Source: Podarcis cretensis
Lineage: Eukaryota
DNA length: 64,000 nt
Assembly (NCBI GenBank): GCA_951804945.1
Contig: OX638154.1
Coordinates: 64,356,001 to 64,420,000 of the forward strand
Direction of reading: 5' to 3'
Both the position numbers and the translations under genes were made by a program. How positions within the stretch are numbered: the first letter of the stretch is position 1; every line of letters starts with the position of its first letter. This document shows positions 11,501 to 26,000 of this stretch, in pieces. Below the pieces are notes generated by a model. That model made no database searches. It was given only the letters and a program-made list of their open reading frames with translations, and was not told where the DNA came from.

Positions 11501-14500
11501 CCTGTGACTGTAGCAGATACAGAGAAACGCAAACAGAATTCCACTCACACAACACGTCTTTGTCCTTCCATTGCAGTCAGACCAGAGGGCTGCTTCTGAG
11601 GGTTCAGGGACCCTCCGGGACAGCATGGAATGAAATGTGGTGGCTGCAGCTAGAGGAGGGAATTGGCAAAAATTAGGGGACTTGCCCAAGCAGAAGTGGC
11701 TTCCACTTGCGGAACAGACTTCGGATCTCAGCCATCCTTTGGTTGAATCTCTAGATACGACTGTGAGTTTGTTTATTTATTTGACGAATGTTGTCCATTC
11801 TTAACTTAAAATTCTTCCATTTGGCTCACAGCACCTCCACCTCTTCCACCTAAGAATATTCCAGCTACACCTCCCCGCACTGGTTCTCCTTTAACAGTTG
11901 GAGTAGGTAAGTATGTTTAGCATAAATGACTTTTAGATGTGTAAGATCTCTGCTTTACTGCAAAGTAACTGTGTTTCTATTCAGTGCAAATTATAAATTG
12001 TAATGTGAACAGAATATGAAACCTTGTAATCATTTCCTAATAATAACCATCAAATTAGATGCATTTTATGCATATATGATATCCAGGCATTTAATATTTT
12101 CATCTGCCTTTAGATAGCATAGCAGATTTTCTTTATTCAGCAAAAAAAGAAGTACAAGCCTAAGTAGTGCATAATCTTTTTTTTCTAAACCCCTTGAGAT
12201 TTTAAAATGATTTCTGATGTCTGTATTGTATTCAGATATTGAACACGTTTCCCACTAAAGTATAGCTATGGTAGTAACATTTTGTATGAACAATTTGGCA
12301 ATAACTCTGTCAGCAAACTAATAATTTGTGTTATACCTGGTTTGGGTAAGAAGAAAAGTCGGAGGAACTTTAGTGAGCCTGTCATGAATCTTAGCACACT
12401 TAGGCCTAGATGTAATTCAGAATAATAAAGATTATATCTTGGCAGTATGGTCTTCATACAGAACCATGAGTTAATGTAGTTAAAATGATATAGGAATGTT
12501 CTTAAAGCCATGTTTCTTCATGACAGGTCCTAAGTTGTTTCTCTGTTTGTGCAAGGTGAGATAAATCCACTCCTACCTTTGCACAAACAGAGAAACAACT
12601 TAGGATCCAAGTCGTGCAAGGGCAGGAATGGTTTATCTCACCTCCCCCTCCGTCAGCAGCCCACGTGGTTCTCATACCTCCTCCATTCTCCAGGATTATA
12701 TTTTTGGGACACAGGGGACTGCAGAGGGAAGTGAGAGGTGGAAAACCCTGATCTCTGAATGTGAACTCTTGAAAGGATCCTCAGGATCCAAGTGATTGTG
12801 GTACTCAGAGACAAGAAATAAGGAGCTTACCATCATATAATTCATGTTGCAAGTGAACATCATTAGCTGTATGAACCGACTTGTAAATTTGAGCATGAAT
12901 TGCTTTGCTTAAATGAGAAAACACAAAGATGGCTTCTAAAAAGATTAGCATAGTATGCAACATAAATGTTACCTTGTACAACAATACTTGCAGACTTGAT
13001 GTTTTAAGGGTATTTCTCTTCAACTGTCTATAACTTTTGAATTACAAATTGTGTCCTCTGCAATTCCCAACTTCCAACCCTGTATCTATGCTGGGTGAAT
13101 ATGACGCAAATGAAATGCACATCCATGTGTGATCATTTATTCCCCAGATTAATTTACTGTGGATTTTATGTGAATCACGAACAGAGCCAAAAAGAAAATA
13201 GGATTTTTTTCCCTACCAGCAAACCTTACATTAATTGGTAAAATAGTTTTCTACATGACAATATGACATGAAATGTAATTTTCCCATACTCCTTTTACAT
13301 TGAATTTACAGATAAAGGTTCAACATACAGTTTTGCAGAATCAAAGCATCATGCAGCATTTGTGGACCAAAGAAATGACTGGAAAGTCATATGCATAGAC
13401 ATGACAACCTGCTCATTCAGTGGTTCTAGGACAATGGAAAGAATGGATACTGTATTCTAGATATTCTATGGGGAAAATGCATCTCTATGTTTACACAAGC
13501 ATTCTCATTATGTGTGCATAGTATGGGGTTAGAATGGCAAAACTGAAGAAAATCATTCTGAAATGCCTGCTGGCTTCAGTGGGCCTTTAGTTCAACTTTT
13601 TTTTAATAGGATCCAGTGAGCACCTAATCACAGGACAGAATGCGTACTTTAAGCATAGAAGAGAAGTGGAAGTTTCGAGATCATACCTAGTTCTTTTAGA
13701 ACAAGAGTGGTAATTTTCAGATGCTCCAAAATGCAACAGAGCTTATAATACACTCTTTATATATCCTTCATATAGCTTTTTTTATTATTATTATTATTTG
13801 GTCTACAAATTGCCTTCCAGCCATGGAGGAGAGGAAAAAATGCCAAATCGGTTTTCTTTCCATTAAGAAGGCGCTCCATTTGCCCAGAAATTACAGATAA
13901 TAATGATTGTTCAACTGAAGAATAGAGCCCTTTGATCATCTATATTCTCATTGGTCATGCTAAAATAATCCCACAGTGTATACTGCACAGCACAAATATA
14001 CTTATCTACATGCACGTCATCATGCTTGAATTTCAAATTATGTACTTTACCATTTTGTTACTAATAAAGGCACTCTGTTGGCTTTTCCCTAGCAAGCAGT
14101 TTTCCTAGATAGCAATAGCTCCATTTGGGTATATTGGTATGAACGAGATACGTAGTAGACAGCATATTTACATGCAGGTCAACATAGAACGCACTTGAAT
14201 ATTTGTGTGTGTGTGTTTGTGTATTTATATATCACACCTATTATGTAGATATTTGTGCACATGAATTATGTTCCTAGTAGCACCTTAAAATGCGTTATGA
14301 AAATGTCTGTGCTAGAATGTAGCTGATTTTAAAAGCCCCATACTTACGTAGAACATTAGTACAACTTAGCATCTGTACAAGTTGATGTTAAAGTTTAAAA
14401 TCAACTACTTTGACCACAGGAAATGACCAGACAGCAACAGAGGTCAAAAGTGACAAACTACCATCAATCAATGACTTGGATACCATTTTTGGCCCAGTAT

Positions 14501-16988
14501 TATCCCCCAAGTCTGTTGCTGCTGACGCGGAGGATAAGTGGATCAGTTTTTCTGATCAGTCCCCGGAAAACGTAACTCCAGAGGTGACTTCACGGGAGAA
14601 GGTGGTGTCCCCACCTGTGGCATCAGAAACCCCAGATGAGCCTCCAGAGGCTGAAACCTCTCGCAGTGTTCCTTCTCCACTCAATTTAGAAGAGGTTCAG
14701 AAGAAAGTTTCTGAGCAGACCCACGTTAAAGATGATAACTTAGCACCAGCAGCATCTCCTAAAGATTTTGGGGTGGGACAGAGAGCAACGCCACCTCCCC
14801 CTCCACCGCCTACCTACAGAACAGTGGTGTCATCACCCGGACCCAGCTCTGGCGGTGGCACAGGAAGCACCAGTGGTATGTCTAAACAGCTTTGAGTGTG
14901 CTTCAATGTGGCCATGAATGCTGCCGTGTGAACACAAAACCTTTTTAGCTACTCTTAGTTGGTTGGCTTTTAAGCATCAGTCATTGTTTGATTGTACTGT
15001 GCCCCGTGGCTTCTTTATTTTCTTTTTATTCTGTGCTCTCGTGGTCCAATTTAACCTTGAACCCTTGATACTGTGTGTTCTTTCCCTGCCATTGCTGAAT
15101 GTCTGGTGTTTACAGGAGAGCGTTATGTCTTTAATACCAGACATAGTTGGAAAAGCTATTACCTTAAGAGTTTAAGGTGAATTTATAAAACTTCCTAAGC
15201 TACAAAGCAACTAGTTAAAACTCTTGTCTTCTCCCGTTGTACAACCATGCTTAGCTTCTGCCCCTCAAGGAATGGGCAGCTCCTTGTTTTTCTCCATAAG
15301 GAAGTGATGATCAAAGATACTCCTTTTGCTAAGGAACTTCAGAATCTTCTTGACCTTCCTCAGAAAACCAGTGAAGCTTTTAATAGGCTTTCTTCTTACC
15401 CTTCCAATTTAGAGCTGGGTACAATCTATGAACAATATGATGGAAATACTGTATCATAACTAGGAAGGATCTCTTGCTTGCCTAGCAAACATTTATTCTT
15501 CAAATTCATGGAGCTATCTACAGCTACTGGCCATGATATCTATATTCGGCCTCCACTGTTGGAGGCAGGATGCATCTGAAAACTAGTTGTTTAGGAACAC
15601 AAATCAGAAGAGTGCTGATGCGCTCAGGTCCTGGGTTTAGGATTGGACTAGATGGGCCTTAGGCCTGATCCACCAGGCTCTTCTCCTGTTCTTCACTACA
15701 GATTAAAAACCATAAAGTTAATCTGCAATTTTCCATCAATGTTTTGTAAAGGTCGTACCCACACAGTACAATTAATGCAGATTCAAGGCACATGGATTCC
15801 TCCAAAGAATCCTGGGAACTATAGTTTGTTATGGGTGTTATGTCTTCCCCCATTGCAGGTAGGAAAAAAGATTTCATAGTGACAGGAAGAAGTAGAGGTT
15901 AAGGGTTCTATTTTTCCCCTTCCTACCACAAAAGTGTAGAGGATATGACATCATGGAATCCCCTGTCTGTGACTATCTAGCAAACATGCTGCACATCCTC
16001 CCACACACCTTAGGGCTGCAGTCCTATACAAACTTACCTGAAAGTAAATGCCATTGTACTTGAGATGATTTACTTCTGGGGAGATATGAATAGACTTGCA
16101 TAATAAGTAACTCAGCTTTAAATGTGAGTGTGGGTGATGAATTAGCAGAAAAAGCAACAGTAATTGTTTCATGACAACCTTGGGTTCCTACACAAGATAT
16201 GCAAGTGTGAAAGAGAGTCTTTGCATTGTCTATTGTGCATGCAGCTCTCTGAGAGCTACTGGGGGCAAGAGAGGTCATTTGGTAGCCCTTAGGCAGAGAA
16301 CTTTTTCATAAATCCACTTAAGGAGAAAAGGATACCTAGAATGATCTAGGCATGCTTGCATACATGCACCATTTCTTTCCCAGGGCTCAATCCCTACCTA
16401 ACTTCAAAACCTACATGATGTAGTTCTGGTTTGGAGGAGTTTCAGTTGGTGCATGCTTCTTAAGATAGGTACTCAAACAAGTTGCTGAAAGTGGGAGAGC
16501 TTTCTCTGTGTGCGCTCTCACTAGAGCTGGTCTGTATATGGAAGATTATTTCCAAGTGTGGACAGCTGTCTTTAATATTCTGCATATTTTAGGCAGATGC
16601 AAGGCCTGCTAAGAATAATGAGTCCCCATACTGGGCAAGTATGAAGATTTATGCAACTTGTTTTCTCAACTCTTTAGCAGAGCTTCAACAGGAAGCTGAT
16701 CAGATTCGCTTAATAACTTATAAGAAAGGTTTTAATTATCACCAAAACTACAACTTGATTGGACTTTAGTTTCAAAACAGAGTCTTTTCCATGGCTAACA
16801 GATTCAAGATTAGCAAACTAAATGAATTTTAATTGAATTTATTCTTGCTATGAAATGCCATGGATGTAGAAAACATTGAAACCTACCTAGGTCTGATGCT
16901 GAAATGGAAGAAGATTACTTTTAGCGTAGCTGCAATTGCAGCAATATAATGAAACCATATTTGTTTTAACTATAGTGATTTCTATCTG

Positions 16989-17060
<72 letters not shown>

Positions 17061-20000
17061 CTGCTGATTTTGTTACAAGGTGTTGTAAAGGTTTCATTTT
17101 TTAACATCTAGATGTAAAACTCTAATGTTGTTCCTGTAGTAAGAGGTCCTCTTTTAGTTGATCACCGAGGTGACAGATGGGTTCTTACAAAACTTCCATC
17201 TGTTTCACTGAAGTTTCATAGGACACAAATCTGGTAGCTCTATGACACTGGATCACACATGCTGCCATAATTTGTTTTTCAGTAATCTGGGATTAATATT
17301 TGTGTAGTGCATGTTTAGCATAATTGGGGTTTTATGTTGTTTTAATGAGGAGGGGAAATAGTGGTTTGAGTGCACAGAACTTGGTACTTGGCACTGGAGT
17401 TTTACATGCACCAGTAAATACAAAATATTTTAAATCGCCAAGGCTTTTCCAAGAATTTCCCTTAAGCAAGGAAGCGTTTAGGGCATGCTTAGCAAATGCA
17501 GCATCATTACATAATCATCTAGCCTTATATTTTTAAAGCTCCATCAATCATCTTCTGATAGCTGTGTGTTTTGTGTGCGTCTTCCATTGACTGCATGAAG
17601 CATGTAATGCAGTCAGTGCTTACGATCAACACTGTAATGCTGATATGATAAAACCAACCCATACACAACTTGGATGTTAAATATCTTGTTTCACTTTTAA
17701 AGGACTGACTGACTTAGGAATTGGTAGGTCTGTTGAATGTGGAATATATTCCCCTTCCTTTTTCTATTTGGAATATGGCTTTGCCTTTTACAGTTCACAA
17801 ATACCTGCCATTTTAACCTTGTACAAAATGTCACACACCAGAATGGCCCAATAAAGAAGGGGTGTTAATGGGGAGGGGGTTTGCTACCTTTAGCAGCATG
17901 AGAGCCACTGCAGCATAGCTCCTTCCTGTGTCACTCAGTAACATCTGTCATATGTGCACAGTATGTACAAGGAGCCCGTGCTGTGAGTCCTTCCCATGCT
18001 ACTATTATTCCAACTTCCAGGAAGAATAATGCTAGAATGGGAAGAAGACACAGCAGGAATTCCTCCTGTGACAGCAGACTTTTGATGTTTCCAAGCAGGT
18101 GCAAAGGAGCAGCGCTGTTGTAGCTTAGATGCCACTGAAGGTAACCTGGGCTCTTATTCAGTCGTTTTCTATTGTTATCTCCTACTCTTAAGTTTAGAAA
18201 ACATTTATCCTATTTTGGCATAGTAAATTATATAAGTTGCTATGGAATTGCTGAACTGTGTTTTGATACGTATCAATAACTATTAAACTGCCATTTAAAT
18301 AACCTTCCCTTTTGTAGTTTAACCTCCTTTTTTGTTCAGTAGTCATCAATGATGATATGAAAAAACCATTATACACTTTGGAAGAGAGATTATTTTTCAA
18401 TTTCTTAAATATCTGCATTTTATTCCAAGTCGTCGTAACATCAGTCTTTTTACTATTCTAGTGTTCTTAGCTATTCTTTTATTTGCTAGCATCTTACAGT
18501 TACAATCACATGAAAATAATTGTGCAAGGCTTGTCTCTTTGTACACCATTGTTCCCTAAGAATAAATGGGTATTCCATTGTTACATCATTGCGTTCTGTT
18601 GCAGCACCACTTACGTTTGCATAACAAGAACACATTATGCTTTTATTGCAAGAGCATAATAAGGAATGGGTAAGTTTCAGGAATACCCCAAAAAAACTTC
18701 AATCTTTTGGTATTTTAGACATCACTTTTTCATCTAAAGTGGGTTCACTTCACCAAGTGCTGCTTCCTCATGTAAGTTAAAGAAGTTTATGTAGGAGCAG
18801 TGTGTTAACTGTAGTCACAATATCGTCATTGCCAAGAGCATGTGAAACTTCCATTGGCATAATAGCAGGAAAATAAGCTTTTCTGTTTTATTGTGACTTC
18901 ACAACTTTCTGATCTTATCCAATTCCCATCTACACATATGAATTGTCTTGTTATGCAACAGCTGCCAGCCTAAGTCAAAAGCTGTTTGGGCAACTGTTTG
19001 CTTGATGGTCTGCTATGTGTTGGGTTTTTTGATAAAGGTGGGTAAGAACTGCAGTAAGGACAGCTCAACACCATATTTATAGTGTGTGTTTATTTTAGGT
19101 TCATCATCTCCTGCTCGACCTGCAACCCCGTTGGCATCCTGCAGCAGCCCTACTCCCCCGCCTCCTCCACCTAGACCCCCATCTCGTCCAAAATTGCCTC
19201 CAGGGAAGCCTGGAGTTGATGTGGTAGGTTTAGCTTCTTCAAAATTACTAATTAAATTGAGACCACATAACTTCAGCTCACCGTGGTACAGACAAATAGA
19301 GATGAACAAAAAATTCTTAATAAACAAATGACTTCTGCCATGTCCCTAACTAGTGTCTGATTTCCTCCATTATTTGAAACCAAGAGAATGGAATAATCTC
19401 TGTTGATGACGGTAAATAGGCAGATTATTATGGAAAGTCCACATTTGAAATTGCAGGCTAGTTCTGTTGGTTTTGTTGGTCATGCCACAAACAAGTCAGA
19501 ATTATTACACCTGTGTAGGAATATGCATTTGCTTTAGCAAGAACATCTCTAAAATGTCAAGAAAGGTCAAGAAAGCTGCCATGCCCCAGTTAAATTGAAA
19601 TTGTCTGACACTAGTGATGACATGTATCTTTTCACATTTTCTGAAACACTTGGACCTGTACATACATAAGCACACCAAAGGGATGCTTCAATTTTTACTA
19701 TTCTGACATGAAAAGCACTTCTTTGTCAGAAAAAGTGTACATATTTGTTCCTGTCATGTGACAGATGTGCATATACTTTCCACTATGTATAAACACAATC
19801 TTGGGAAGTCACAGCCAACTATGAATTCCAAGTACACATTCACAAAGTGAAAGAAACTCATTTACCATTACCATCCATGACCATCCACAGGCTCTTTTCA
19901 TATCTGTTCCTATGTAGCCATCCTTGCTATATAAGAAAGAGTGTAGTGTTTGGAACAACTCTGTATGAATAATCCATCATTGTGGATTCCATTAGTGAAA

Positions 20001-23000
20001 CAACCCAGTGATTTTATTGTGGACCATTGTTTAATTTTGCACCTGTGAACTGTTTCTTGTGCACCATAGTTTTTGCAGTTTCAGATGCATTCCCCAAACG
20101 TTACATTCTGAAGCATGTTTCTCATCTGCACTACAAATATAGATCATGTGCATTAGAGAACTCAGTAAAACTTTTGGCTACACAATTCGGCTAGTAAAAA
20201 ATAAATAGCAGCTGAGAAATCAATGGATCTGTAAATCCACTCAGTGTGAATGGATTAATTCTGGGTGTTCCAGGGGCCTTAGAAGATAGCAGTTGTGCAG
20301 TTGTGAGTATTCTTGCTTGAGTTCATGTTCAGAAATGCACTGTGTGTATCTTTAATCTTGTTTGTGTTTGTCTACAGTCCAGACCTTTTAGCCCTCCGGT
20401 TCACTCTTCCAGCCCTCCTCCGATAGCACCTTTAGCACGTGCTGAAAGCACCTCTTCCATATCGTCCACCAATTCCTTGAGTGCAGCTACTACTCCAACA
20501 ATTGGTAACGAAAAGCTTTTCTTTGTTTGAAGAATAGTTTCCATGAGTGGAATGGCTTGAATATTTTAATTTCTGAAACCCTTTATTTGGTTTATATTTT
20601 CCTTTGTTTTCGTTGTCATGGTCATGTTATGTTAAAGCACTTTTTAATGTAAATGAGAATTGCACTCTTGATTAACTGTAGACTGCTGCAACTGCAATGT
20701 ATATTTGTGTATAAAATAGCAGGGACCTGAAGGGATGCATAGGCTCCCTTTATTCCCTAAACTGTGCCTTCCCCCAATAATTTCCTAAATTCCGCTAAGA
20801 TCACGAAGCAGTTTTCATTGGGTATAGGAGACTTTCCAAGGGGAGATCAGGAAAGTGGAAAGAATAGAGCTCATCTGCTGGCAGGTTTTCTATGCTGAAA
20901 AGTTATTCTGCCTACAAACCAAACTGCTTTTTGAATTGGAGGAGGGAAACTCTAAACAGTAGTTTAGGATTCAATGCAGCATTTCCTGGAAGTCTCTTAG
21001 AAGCCAGTGGAGATGTGGAACAGTCATGTTTCCCTTTGAATTCTGACCACTATAGATACAAAATGTTTTACAGTACTGTCTCGCAATTTGGCAATAATAT
21101 AAATCATTGTTAGATTAGTTAGCTGTAGCAAAACTAGATAAATGCAATAAAAATGAATAAAGTTTAACACAAAGTTTATCTTAGTAAGGAGAAATAGGAA
21201 AGGATAGCAGGAGCAGAAAGTATACTCTAGAACCAGATATTATTAAAAAGTAATGTTACAAACCAATTGTATTTGCTTCTTGGATTGCAGAAACGGTACA
21301 CATGAAAAATTTCAAAAAGTTCTAAACTTTTTCAAATCCAGTTTCATAGAAATTTGAAAATATGGAAAGTTGTACTGAAAACATGTTTTTTTCTTCTTAA
21401 GCTGAGGTTAGATTACACTTGTCAAAAGTGATAAATGTTCTGTGGCTGGCAATGCCTGGATGGTGATGCTTTTCATTTTTTGCTTCATTCTCTGGTCTTC
21501 CTTTCTGCTCCCTGCTCCACTTCCTTCTCAGACAAACATATATTTGAATTCTCTTTGTCATTCTTTATTTCATTTACAATACTCTTCATCTTCTTTACAC
21601 CTTAAAACCACCTTCTTCTCTCTGCTATAGTTCTTTTGTGCTGCAGACTCCTGGTTTTCCTTTCTGACCTGCGTCTCTTTTCATCAACGCTTCTGCTCTT
21701 CTACAGACCATCTCTGTCACCTTCAGTTCTCATTGTATGCCAGGTTGTTTTCTTTTATTGGTTTTCCCTTCTTTTACATCCCTTTGGACCCGTTCTGCTA
21801 TTAGTCTAAACTTTCTTTCTGTAGTGTTCCTGCTGTGTGCCTCTTAACCTCAATTTTTTTATCAAGCATTTTCTAATCTGTGTAGACGAGAACGGGCACT
21901 TGAGCTGCTGTTCAAATTGTCTTTCTGACTATTCTGAATGAACTCAGAATGGCAACAAATTGGATATTCCAAGAAAGGGGAAAAAATCAAAAATCTGAAT
22001 GAGCTGAAATGGATATGTTTTGTCTTCATTTGAGTAATAGCATACTACTGACTTCCCATACTAGTGGTGTTTAGTCTTCACTCAGTCATAGTAATTCATA
22101 GATACTTGTTTTGCTTATTAGAAAATGAAGATGCTGTCAACTGGGGCATATATTCAAGCCTCCAGTGATAATTTGTTAAATGCTGAACCTGGTTTGAAGT
22201 GCTTTCAGCTTTAGTTTGTCTTTTTGAAAAACCGTTCACTCTTGTTTTCTTTCTGCCTATTGTGTGTGAAATGGAAGTGTGTGGGGGAGAGTGCTTAATG
22301 CAATTTTCAGACTTCATGTTTCCCTTTTCGTACCTACTGGTATGTCCTTTGTTTCTGCTTGCTGTTGGTCAGTGCAATGACCAGGGTGATATAAATGCAC
22401 ATCAGTCAAAGTATTGAATAGCATTTCAAATACCTAACTAACAATATCGTATTATCAACTAAGAGGCTGTGTCATCAGTGGCTCAACTCCTTGTATGTGA
22501 TGTATTATGTTCCATGGGCTGGTGTAAATTGTCTGAAACTGATGTCGATCAGTAGTTTTTATGACACACTGTTGTGTGTTCTTATCAGTAACTGTGTTTC
22601 AGAACATAAGGTTCCAATGGAATCAAGCCCAACTGATTTGTGAAAAGGGCTACTTTTAAGTTGAAACGTTAGCCTAGGTTTTGTGCAGGTAAAACAGGTG
22701 ATGGGGAGGAAAACACAATTTTCTGTTGAAATAATAATTTCCCCCCTATATAAGCATGAACATGATGACTCTGTCACTATGGACATTTTCATTAATGAAA
22801 GTAAAGTTCCTCTAGATAAATTTTGTTGCTTTTAAAAGAAATAACCAATGATCCATAGAGACCATTGCTGGTTTCTGTTTGATTTTAGGATAACAATTGT
22901 GAAAGTCAAGGTGAATTAGAGTCAGGATTATTCTGTTGTTATTCAACATGATTCCACAAATCTAGATAGCCTTCAGATTGATATTCATAGATGTGGTAAC

Positions 23001-26000
23001 TACAAAAAATGTCAAAACATTTATTTATTTTAAAACATAATATTTATATTATGCCTATTGTAAAGTTACATGTCTTTTCTAAAGCTGCCAGTACATCCAA
23101 CTTGTAAATACAATATTGGAAAAATCTGATGACAGTTCAAATATAAACAACCATTAAAATAGCCATCAAATCAGTATCAAACAAGGGTTGCCTGAAAAGA
23201 AAGGCTTTATATAATCTTTCTAAAAGCCTGTGCTTATGAGCTCCAGCAGATATTCTTTAAGTTTTTTTTCAGTGGATGGAAGGAACCAGTTACTCAATAG
23301 CCAAGGACACTCTTTCAAACACAACTGTTTAAAAGTGCTATAGATTACCCCCAAAGCCTTATATTTAACCTAAACTTTAGAAGCAATGTGAATGTGCAGT
23401 TGTGATAGGGTAGTACATAGTCCGAGTTTTAGGTGGCAGCACACTTAAAACGTTACAAGCTTTGAAGGCCACATGCTTTTGACTAACCATTCAAGAACAC
23501 GAGTAGGCCTTTGATTCATAGTCTTGACATGAACATGATTCATTTGCCATATATGATTTTTAGAGAAATTGTTGTTACATTTAAGTTGATTGAGTAATCA
23601 GGCATTTTATTAAAATTATCTAAGTGGCCTTTTTTACAGATGGCCTTGGAGATTTCACCACCCTTGTTGGGGTGAAGAGAAGCTTTAATACAAAACGATT
23701 GAGAAAACAGCTGAAATTGCTAATAAGGAGTTCCTGGTTTGTATTGTACATCCCAGCTATTTTTAGTTCTTGTGTATTTGTTCATAGTGACTAGCCTGAG
23801 CATTCTTTATGCTGGCAATATGAAGGTCTTGACATGAGCACTATAGTTAGACTTCCCACTGACTGGCCTGATTTGCTTGCCACGCAAAGCTAAATCAAGG
23901 CTTAGTGTGAGTACATGGGTTCCCAGAGAGGAGCTTGCAGCTGCTTTGCTGTTCCTGAGTTCTTTTTGCTGCCACATAACCCTGATCTAAGCCAAAGCTT
24001 AGCACATTGTTCAAACCTGGGCATCATGGTTATGGTCCCTAGACTAACCACAACTAACCCTTGGTTACAGCTCATAGCTAGTCTGGAGACAGCCTGATCT
24101 TAAGTCCAGGCGCAGAAGACATGCTAAGCTTAAAGTTGGTTTAGCTCAGCGAGGCACATTAGCAAAAAAGACCAGGGAGCAGCAAAGCAGCTGCAAGCTC
24201 CTTTCTAGGAGCTCACACATTCATGCTAAGCCATTGTTTGGTTTAATGCTATGTGCAAGCCTGTTCACTTTCGCAGCTTATAAAAAGGGGCTGCTTGGCT
24301 CATGCATCCCTTTTTTTTAGAAATCTGAAATTAGGATTCGCTTCTAGAGATAGCCAAGAAAATAGTCACACTCTTAGACAAGACGAACTATTTCTGGAGT
24401 GTTTTCTTGAATGTGTTAAACACAGACACAATTTTACATTAATATTAGATCAACTTGTTTTGTCCTTTGATATTGTTGGGTGTCTGTGTCTCTGTGGGGA
24501 GAATTGTATTCACTGTAGTAAAATAAAAGGAAATCTTTGTTAAATGCTCAAATTCTGTGTTCTCCTCAATGCTCTCCCTGAGTAGGGACGGAGGGAAGGA
24601 CCGTATTCCCCACAGGTACCTTAATTTTAAAAATCTCCCTTTAGTTTTCCATATTGTGAGAATATATAGGTAGCTTCCAGAATTTATTGGCTTCTGGAAC
24701 AAAATAATGAGAATTTTTTCATCTACTCCTTGAAAATAGGAATTCATGTTTATTGGCAACAGAGAAAGCTCCACCTGTCCCAAATAGGCAATTGTCAGAT
24801 CATGTGTTGGATGAGACTGGATTGTGCCAATCTGCTCTTGTGGCCCATGACAAATAATGCAGTAAATTATGCTTAATATGCTGAATGGCCTGGCATGTAA
24901 AAAGCTTCCAGCTCAAGGCAAAAGCATGGCAGGCCTTTACGATGGAGAGGGAATAGCAATTCCTGTGGGGCACACAGAGCTCAAGTTCTTATGCAATTTC
25001 AGACCTATTGAGCCAGGGCTAGTTTGAGTCCCTTGGTTTGTATACTAAACCATGGGATTCAAAAAATTGTTCTAAAGATCTGGCCTTTGTATTTTTCCCT
25101 GTTTCAGAGAACAATGATTATGGGTTACAGTGATACTATTAGGCTTGAACAGGTTAGCAGAGTAAAACAAATATGGGAGGCCATTAGCAAGAAGCAATGG
25201 GTCCCAGTTATAGCAAACTCCGTTTGAGTTCAGCATTGGGAAATACCACTTGATTGTAGGAATGGTTGGATAGTGGAACACAATTGGTTTTTTTAGAGGA
25301 TTTTAGCAAGAGTAAATGACCCTTTGCCAGGTATGCTTTGAGTGTGGGGAACTTTTCCTTGTTGCAGTAGCCCCATTTAAATTCTGTGGATCTAAGACAA
25401 GAGTAGTCAACATGATGCCCTCCAGATGTTGCTGGCCTCCAGCTCCCATCAGCCCTAGCCAGCATGGTCAACAGTCAGAAATGGTGGAAGTTGTAGTCCA
25501 GCAACATCCAGAGAACACAGGTCCTCCATCCCTGGGCTACAGTCACTCTTCAGCAGTTAGAGTTTCTTCAGCACTCCTAAACTGACTACTCCTGATTTAA
25601 GACATGGAAGGGTTTGGACACTCATTATAAAATTCTACATGAAGAGTAAGGTACACAAGATACACATCTACTTAGAAGTAAGCCTTATTGAGTTCAATAT
25701 GACTTACTCCCAGTAAGTGTCCCTACGATTATGGCCTAAGTAGCTCGTAAGAAGCACAATTTCTCAGCCTTTGTGGCTTCCCTGTGTGTAGCTCTTCCAG
25801 TCTCTAAAGGTTATCCTATATATGGAGAGTTTGTCTGAGGAAATATGACACAAAATTATTTCATTTACTGTTTGTCTTTTTTTGTATTTGTTTTTGGGTT
25901 CTTGTGGTGGTTGTTGCATATGATTTTGATAATAAAAAGAGATGTGTCCACCATTTCTATGTCTATGATCTTTTTTTCATTGTAATGTTTGTGGTTTGGT

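Noticed and set aside
22889-22910. 22-nt exon-like segment ttttag|GATAAC...CAAG|gtgaat
   Set aside because: Immediate stop in the SGIP1 frame and no additional support; similar weak acceptors at 23640, 31809, 33636 and 43789 were dismissed as expected background in 25 kb
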